DNA from: Trypanosoma brucei
Lineage: Eukaryota
Direction: 5' to 3'
Assembly (NCBI GenBank): GCA_000002445.1
Contig: CM000208.1
Location: 3,200,001 to 3,264,000 of the forward strand
Length of the DNA: 64,000 bases
In this document: piece by piece, positions 58,233-64,000 of the stretch
How the letters are laid out: every line of letters starts with the position of its first letter
Position numbering within the stretch: position 1 is the stretch's first letter
Position numbers and translations under genes: made by a program
The notes under the pieces: generated by a model
What the model saw: only the letters and a program-made list of their open reading frames with translations
Databases searched by the model: none
Told to the model about the DNA's origin: nothing

Positions 58233-58927
58233 GCCGCCTCAATGCCAAAAAAAAAAAAAAAACAGCGCCGCTTGTACTTCCACCCCTGCGTATGTGTCCG
58301 TGTACGTGCGCTCCGCCACGTTGCCTAACTATACTGTCCCGCGAGGTTCGTACCAGAAGCAAAGAAGGGATAATTTGCGATGATACAAAGAGAAAGTTAA
58401 CAGCTGACGGCGTGGAGGAATGCTTCGCCACAAAGGCGCGACAAACATCCGTATGTCCGTTGACGTTGAAATACTTAGGCTCATCTTCTTCAACGGCGAT
58501 TCGTTGTCGTCCCCCTCTGACTCCAACACACCCATCTTCTCAGAATTGGTGCATGCGAGTTTATTGCTCCTCCCATGGCCTTCCCATGTTCAATTATTCA
58601 CAAAGAATTTATGACCTTAGTGTTTTCTAGGTTCATACCGGTAAGAGATTAGATGCATAGTGTTCCCGCTTCCTTTCACTTTTTCCTCCTCGACGTATCT
58701 TCAAATAGGGTCAGTAGTGTATGCTGCTGTATGATTAACAGGACATGCTGTCACGTAAAATAGAATGAGAACACGACGCCTACCACTTTCCCAGACGAAC
58801 TACCTCCCCTTTCATTGTTGCTGTTCAGAGGTGGTAAACGAAAAGAGTGATGAGTGTAGAGCCGATGTGCATGAGCAACAAGATCAGACCCAGAGAAATG
58901 TGGCAGCAACCCGCCGGCCTCGCCATC

Positions 58928-61351
58928 CTATCTCTTCAGCACAATGGTCCAGTCGTCACTTATTGGAAGATCCGGGTTCCGCAGTACAAGGGACCCGTCC
59001 TCTATCTCACAGTCAACTTCCCGTCCCATAATGACTGACTGCGTTGGCACTTCTATCATGGCCACCTTCGGCTTTCCTTCGTACCCGAGAATGATAATCC
59101 TTTCCACCCTGTTCTTTGCGGTAAACATCGCATTCGCCGTCGAATTAGGGTGCACCGTGTTGACAAGGCGGCCATCAGTAAATGACAGCAGTCTGTGGAT
59201 GTATGCCCCCGACTCATAGTTAAATGACTCTCCGTCATCAATGAATAATTCTCCCGCACTATTGCCTTTATCGTTCAGCGCGACGTAGAGGGTGAAGGGA
59301 TCATGCTTGGTTCCGAATGTCCCTCTACGCATGCGCAACTTTGCTGGAATGATGTGGCCACCGCGGAGAAAAAACGGTATAGAGTCCATATCCACTTTGA
59401 CGCGGTGCTGGCCTGGCAGGACCACTTCACCAGTGGCATAAGAATACCATTTACTGCCGCTAGGAATGGGAATAACCTTTTCTGTCTCACCTTCGTTGAT
59501 GACAGGCGATGCAAGCAGCGACGGACCAAACATGAAAGTGTACTGTTCATCATAGAATTGTTCCTCATGGGGGAACTCATAAAAGAGGGGCCTCATGATA
59601 GTTGAGCCAGTCCTATGGCTGATGAAGAACTGTGTGTAGATGTAGGGGAGAAGCGAATAGCGAAGCGCCAGGGCGGCACGGATTCTGTCCGTCGCGGCCC
59701 CACCGAACATCCATGGTTCACGACGCTTCGTTTCCAAGTGTGAATGCGTCCGCATAAACGGGTAGAAAACGGCTGCCTGCATCCACCGCACGAAGAGTTC
59801 CTCGCTTGGATCAAAGAAGAAGCCACCCGCATCCGCACCAATGAAAACGTAGTTGGAGACCGAAAGGGACAGAAGTTCTGGGAAGGAATTCTGTAGGTGA
59901 TCCCACTTTGCCATGTTGTCTCCGGTCCACATGGCTGAATAACGCTGTGAGCCAGAGAAGAAGCTCCGTGTAAGAATGAAGGGCCGCTTCACGTGGTCAA
60001 GTCCTTTGCTGGACTCCAAGTGCCCCTGGTGTGCGCTCATCACGGTATACAGCGAATATATGTTGTGAATGTATTTGTTATCAACCAACTTCCCGCTATC
60101 ACTGGTGTGTTTGGCATCGCGACGAATTGTCTTTTCAGGTCCATCAAATATGGATGGTTCGTTCATATCAACCCATGTGTGAACATCATGGCTTCCCCCC
60201 TCATACCTATCGTGGTGAAAGAATGTGGCGTACCAGTCCCGTGTCCTTTTGTTATAAAAATCCGGCCACGAACTGCGACCCGGCCAGCATTGCCCAACGT
60301 AGGGCCCGTCCCCACTGCTGCTCTTCACGTAGTAATCACCCTGCATGGCCTCATCGTGTACAAAATAGCCCGGCTCGACCCTAACGTGAGGATCTTTGAT
60401 AGTTACAAGCTTTCGTCCTTTTGAGGCTAACGTCCCAACAAGCAACTTAGGGTCGGGAAATGTGTCCTTGTCCCACGTAAAATATTTTTTGTTATCAGTG
60501 TGTTCGATGTCAAGCCAGAGAACGTCGTAGGGAAGATTGTGTTGGTCGAAGCCTTGATCAACACCGAGCGAGTCCTCCGTACTGCGGTAATTCCACCTGC
60601 ACTGGTGAAAACCCAGGCTGAAGTATGGGGGAAGAATTGTAGGACCCGTGATAGAGGCATGTTGTTGTTGCACTAGGGCAGGTGTGGGGCCTGGAAAGAA
60701 GAATAAATCAACTAACCCAGCCTCAGCGTCCCACTGGCAACCCATCCCATTTTCGGACAGCACTTTTACCTTCATTCCGGCACTGTTGAGGAAGAGCACA
60801 CCAGTGGTTACTTTCACTGAGTGCGCGATGAGAAAGGGAATAGAACCATACAGTGGTTGGGGGTCGTTGATTTTATACTGAAATGCGTCTGTGTTGTACA
60901 TCAGATAGGTGACATCTCCCTTCAGAGCCAGATCCATAGAATGCTCCGGAATGCCGTAGAGACGCTGAGCAACTGGAAAGGAAAAGTTCACAGATGGTTC
61001 CTCTAGGTGATCCAATGATAGATCCACAGAGGTCAGCATGGAGCCAGCACACTGGTAATTTGCCTGGAATCTGTTTCCTTCCACTGTAGTGGTGATGGCA
61101 CAGTTCCCACTGGAAATTGTGCAACTAGCACCGTCGCACTTTGATTGAAGTTCCCCGACCACTGGTTCCCTTACCACTACCGAATCCACCTCATAAAACC
61201 AGTCCTTATTTGGCTTCAACACAAGACGGAGTATTCCCTCGCCATAGTCCGAGGCATCAAGGTTGAACTCGGAATTCAGCTTCGTGATTTCTTTACTTCT
61301 GACAGTGGTGACGGAGAGGAAAATCAACGATAGCACAAGCGATAGCATCAT
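58928..61351 (-). CDS. Glucosidase II alpha subunit (neutral alpha-glucosidase, glycoside hydrolase family 31)
   Basis: GH31 catalytic regions WLDIEHTD and HTWVDMNEPS, the YSAMWTGDN motif, and a signal peptide (MMLSLVLSLIFLSVTTVRS). The track ORF starts with GTG at 61354, followed immediately by ATG ATG; the start is set at 61351. Confidence 0.9.
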   Translation of the reverse strand: MMLSLVLSLIFLSVTTVRSKEITKLNSEFNLDASDYGEGILRLVLKPNKDWFYEVDSVVVREPVVGELQSKCDGASCTISSGNCAITTTVEGNRFQANYQCAGSMLTSVDLSLDHLEEPSVNFSFPVAQRLYGIPEHSMDLALKGDVTYLMYNTDAFQYKINDPQPLYGSIPFLIAHSVKVTTGVLFLNSAGMKVKVLSENGMGCQWDAEAGLVDLFFFPGPTPALVQQQHASITGPTILPPYFSLGFHQCRWNYRSTEDSLGVDQGFDQHNLPYDVLWLDIEHTDNKKYFTWDKDTFPDPKLLVGTLASKGRKLVTIKDPHVRVEPGYFVHDEAMQGDYYVKSSSGDGPYVGQCWPGRSSWPDFYNKRTRDWYATFFHHDRYEGGSHDVHTWVDMNEPSIFDGPEKTIRRDAKHTSDSGKLVDNKYIHNIYSLYTVMSAHQGHLESSKGLDHVKRPFILTRSFFSGSQRYSAMWTGDNMAKWDHLQNSFPELLSLSVSNYVFIGADAGGFFFDPSEELFVRWMQAAVFYPFMRTHSHLETKRREPWMFGGAATDRIRAALALRYSLLPYIYTQFFISHRTGSTIMRPLFYEFPHEEQFYDEQYTFMFGPSLLASPVINEGETEKVIPIPSGSKWYSYATGEVVLPGQHRVKVDMDSIPFFLRGGHIIPAKLRMRRGTFGTKHDPFTLYVALNDKGNSAGELFIDDGESFNYESGAYIHRLLSFTDGRLVNTVHPNSTANAMFTAKNRVERIIILGYEGKPKVAMIEVPTQSVIMGREVDCEIEDGSLVLRNPDLPISDDWTIVLKR

Positions 61352-61592
61352 CACTGCTAGTTTTTCCTACTCAAGCAAACAACAATAGCGAAAAAATACT
61401 GAAAAAAAAATATATACATATATATGGCTGTGTATTGTTAGAACAGCGTTGATTAAGCTAACTTCAGTAACGGGAGGAGAACGATCACCTTGAAGGCATT
61501 GTAGTCCACATCCCTACTCCCACGTATGTGAAATTCAATAAACACACATATATACACGTGTATGTCCGTACGTGGATGAAGGATGCATATGC

Positions 61593-61621
61593 GTGTGTGT
61601 GTGTGTGTAGGGGGGGGGGGG
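61593..61621. repeat. (GT)8 followed by G12 (poly-C on the transcribed strand), about 250 nt upstream of the glucosidase II ATG
   Basis: Direct reading: gcgtgtgtgtgtgtgtgtagggggggggggggaactt. Confidence 0.85.
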
Positions 61622-61796
61622 AACTTACGGCTAATTGATGCTGGTAATGGTGTGATTCCTTCTGCATCTGCGCCTCGCGCATCTACTGTATCCGCAATCC
61701 ACACAAATAGAGGTACGTACACAAAAATATTTTGGCTCGACCATCTGTGGGGTAAGTGCCGCCGATGTGTGAAAAAGGGAGATGCACGAAGATGTG

Positions 61797-63167
61797 TTAA
61801 CCATCCTCGTGACCCAGCACTTCCCGGCTCACCGTCGCTCCGTCAACGTACCTAAGCCCACAATTTATCGCAAAAAGCACATCTCTACGCCCCTGACACC
61901 CCATATCCCTGTGCTCTTCATCCGGATTTACCGTCAACCCTACGAGCAGGGAGTCCCTCTCCGCCCGCATTCCACCATTGAGTTGTGTAACGAAGAACTC
62001 CCACAAGCCGGAATGAGGGAGTACAAAGGGAATGGCGTCTCGTCTGCGCGATCCGCTGATGTTGGACACTGCAGAGATTACCACCGTCACGTCCGCCGTG
62101 AAGTGCTGCCTACATAATTCGGCGATAGGTATTAACTTCGTGTGAAGCGCGTAGTGGTTCCCATGGTGGAGAGCAGGGTAGTGGTCGAGTAGCACGATCC
62201 GATATCCCCTTTCCGACAGAGCACGCGCGACTTCAGGCAATTTTTCATCAACCAATGACCACAACGGTCCTTCATTGTGCGCACCGGGCTTTGCAGGTTC
62301 ACGCTTCAGCAACACATTGTCGATGATAAAAACAGCAATAAGACGCTCGGAATCTGTATGAGTGGACGTGCTAGGGCCCTCTCCCTCGCCACCGCGGCGG
62401 AACACACGATAAATCACTCGCTCATCTGGTACGTTCCAGATGCAACCCAGCACATTAAGTGATGTCATTCGTTTGTTTTGCGTAACAAAGTGGAGCGGTG
62501 GGGCATTACACACCTGAATTAAATTGTCTAACGTTTCCCTGATAATGACACCCTCACGTGGTGTACTCTTACCGCCTCTCAGTGTCACCAACGCCTCCTG
62601 CAGGAACCCATCAAATGCAGCATCACTCCTCGCACGTTTATTCACCTGCCCTGCGGACGTATCCGTGCTCGCTGGTGCCGTCGGAACACTACCAACAGTC
62701 AACCCCGAATCCGACAATGCTTGCTTCTTCGCTACTTTAGGCTGCGGTTCAGCGTCAGAAAGGCAAGACCCCTCGGCCAACGCTTGTGCGGGTGTAACTG
62801 AACGGTGCATGACCGTTAACCCTGATGGGATACGCTTGCTTGCCATTGCTTTGGAAGCCCGAGCAAAAATAGTGCAGTCTGTCGGAATGGCAGAGAGTGG
62901 AAATGCAAAGTTCCTCTCGTCAGCAAACAGCACAGGCACCAGCGCGAGGATCTCGCTCCTGCGGGTGGTTAATTTTCCAGTTTTGTGGTTCAGGAGCACG
63001 GCAGCTGTACTTGGTGAGAGTACAACTGGGGTATCGTCCTTTGCGCGAGCCGGGCGCAGCAACTGCAACGGAAGCCATACGTCCGTGACATTCACCCTTT
63101 TCGCGGCACAGAATCGCCCTAATGTTTCACCTTGCTCGCTTGGCAGCAACTGAAAGGTTTCGGCCAT
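61797..63167 (-). CDS. Hypothetical protein with a PNKP-like HAD phosphatase-fold region in which the DxDxT catalytic motif is degenerate
   Basis: The track ORF (to 63377) has a 5' 70 codons that translate a pyrimidine tract. The first plausible ATG is at 63167 (MAETFQLLP). The segment AVFIIDNVLLKR...LWSLVDEKLPEVARALSERGYRIVLLDHY...LPHSGLWEFF is collinear with PNKP 3'-phosphatase blocks ([51 protein letters not shown]). The nucleophile and second Asp positions are substituted. There is no P-loop kinase domain. Confidence 0.5.
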   Translation of the reverse strand: MAETFQLLPSEQGETLGRFCAAKRVNVTDVWLPLQLLRPARAKDDTPVVLSPSTAAVLLNHKTGKLTTRRSEILALVPVLFADERNFAFPLSAIPTDCTIFARASKAMASKRIPSGLTVMHRSVTPAQALAEGSCLSDAEPQPKVAKKQALSDSGLTVGSVPTAPASTDTSAGQVNKRARSDAAFDGFLQEALVTLRGGKSTPREGVIIRETLDNLIQVCNAPPLHFVTQNKRMTSLNVLGCIWNVPDERVIYRVFRRGGEGEGPSTSTHTDSERLIAVFIIDNVLLKREPAKPGAHNEGPLWSLVDEKLPEVARALSERGYRIVLLDHYPALHHGNHYALHTKLIPIAELCRQHFTADVTVVISAVSNISGSRRRDAIPFVLPHSGLWEFFVTQLNGGMRAERDSLLVGLTVNPDEEHRDMGCQGRRDVLFAINCGLRYVDGATVSREVLGHEDG

Positions 63168-63179
63168 CCATTCAGCCCT

Positions 63180-63340
63180 TCGGGGCGTTGTAGAATTGAA
63201 AAGACAGAACCATTGCCAGTCACCACGAGAAACAAGGAAGCGGGAGAGGAGAGCAACTAAGGAGAAATCAGGACAACGTAACAACAAAGAACAAATCTCG
63301 TCAGAAGTAACAGCGATAAGAGTGGGAGAAGCGAAATCAT
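63180..63340 (-). promoter_or_regulatory. Polypyrimidine-rich flank / probable trans-splice acceptor region upstream of the PNKP-like gene
   Basis: The plus strand is strongly purine-rich (gaaaagacagaaccattgccagtcaccacgagaaacaaggaagcgggagaggagagcaactaaggagaaatcaggacaacgtaacaacaaagaacaaatctcgtcagaagtaacagcgataagagtgggagaagcgaaatcattgagg). The ORF track translates this as an N-terminal extension. Confidence 0.45.
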
Positions 63341-63555
63341 TGAGGTATCCACGTGACGGGAAAGTGAGTCTTAACATAGCTCTCTCTCACGCACACTCCC
63401 CTGGCAGTTACCGGCGAAGCGCGTAACAGGCCCACGAACATATTCCACCTCGAGTGTCTTTCTCTTGGATAAGAACGCTACGAATAATTCGGTATCGCGA
63501 TCACTACCCTTAACGGACGAGAGTCGGGGAGGGATACCGGGGGAGCACGGTTCCG

Positions 63556-63939
63556 TTATTGATCTCGCTTTTCCCATGCTTCCACAAAGATATTGTAGTC
63601 AAGGAAGCCGTCACTAACAAAGTCCAACACGTCTTCGGAGATTTCCTCTTTGCGCGACTCCAGTATGCGAACAGCATTCTCCATCGATCCGATGCTCTGA
63701 CAGTTTTTCAGCACATGTTCATCTAAATCTGCATCAACGCGTTTGAGTAACTCCCTATGAATTTTATGTCGCTCGTGCTCATCAGAGACGGAGAAAAAGG
63801 GCGGTAACTTCGCCAACATGGCGTCCTGGTCCAGATTTACCATAAAATCCTCTATGGCACCCACCAGCTGATCAAATTGGGCATCTTCGGCGCTTCCGCA
63901 GTCGCCATATACAACGAACTCACCTTCCTCACTATCCAT
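63556..63939 (-). CDS. ARL2-binding protein (BART) domain protein, 127 aa
   Basis: ATG start. SAEDAQFDQLVGAIEDFMV and DFVSDGFLDYNIFVEAW match the ARL2BP/BART pattern (DAEFD.VVG.LEDI.M ... FTDFLAFKEMFLDY). Confidence 0.6.
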   Translation of the reverse strand: MDSEEGEFVVYGDCGSAEDAQFDQLVGAIEDFMVNLDQDAMLAKLPPFFSVSDEHERHKIHRELLKRVDADLDEHVLKNCQSIGSMENAVRILESRKEEISEDVLDFVSDGFLDYNIFVEAWEKRDQ

Positions 63940-64000
63940 GTGGTTGTTAACTTTATTCTCGTTGGTTTAAGGTAATTCAAGCAAAAGAAAAGTAAGAGGA

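Noticed and set aside
53770-58328. Long plus-strand ORFs (e.g. 53770..54414 at 214 aa, 54737..55255 at 172 aa, 57669..58328 at 219 aa) inside the zinc-finger and NDUFA9-like genes
   Set aside because: These are antisense shadow ORFs within well-supported minus-strand genes. They are GC-rich, contain few stops, and resemble no known protein.
1-64000. Prokaryote-style features (operons, RBS, sigma promoters, terminators, CRISPR arrays, integrases, toxin-antitoxin pairs)
   Set aside because: The sequence is eukaryotic kinetoplastid-type. There are no direct-repeat/spacer arrays and no phage or IS-like ORFs. The repeats present are simple microsatellites and homopolymers.

Overview
This window reads as one directional gene cluster from a kinetoplastid (Trypanosoma-like) nuclear chromosome, not a prokaryotic locus. 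All 24 supportable protein-coding genes lie on the minus strand, with no introns. Genes are separated by 0.2-3.6 kb spacers rich in polypyrimidine tracts on the transcribed strand, with (CA)n/(TA)n/(GT)n microsatellites and C/G homopolymers. Codon usage is moderate in GC. From memory only, and not verifiable here, the gene order (citrate synthase ... NDUFA9-like ... glucosidase II alpha) resembles a Trypanosoma brucei-group chromosome-10 segment. Genes recognised, in order of transcription (high to low coordinates): ARL2BP/BART-like; a PNKP-like HAD phosphatase-fold protein with degenerate catalytic motifs; glucosidase II alpha (GH31); NDUFA9-like NAD-binding protein; a C2HC-zinc-finger/zinc-ribbon protein with an internal duplication; a 158-aa single-TM protein; a 943-aa hypothetical protein; a 12-TM MFS transporter split by a frameshift; a 341-aa hypothetical protein; diphosphomevalonate decarboxylase; a 5.5-kb ORF-poor GC-rich island; a 1046-aa ASH/MSP-repeat protein; an RRM protein; a protein with five RanBP2 zinc fingers plus a FYVE domain; ribosomal protein eS27; a DPY-30-motif protein; an FtsH-type AAA metalloprotease; ribosomal protein L10a; two tandem CAMK/AMPK-like kinase paralogs that share a 203-bp near-identical tract; an 882-aa hypothetical protein; a PP2A-A-like HEAT-repeat protein; a 522-aa hypothetical protein; citrate synthase; and a PAP2 lipid phosphate phosphatase. 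The supplied ORF track uses non-ATG starts (TTG/GTG) printed as M, so several ORFs are over-extended at the 5' end into translated polypyrimidine tracts; corrected ATG starts are proposed. I found no rRNA, tRNA, CRISPR array, operon structure or intact mobile element. I do not see a clearly novel multi-gene system; the most interesting points are the kinase gene-conversion tract, the frameshifted transporter, the GC-rich ORF-poor island, and two unusual zinc-finger architectures.
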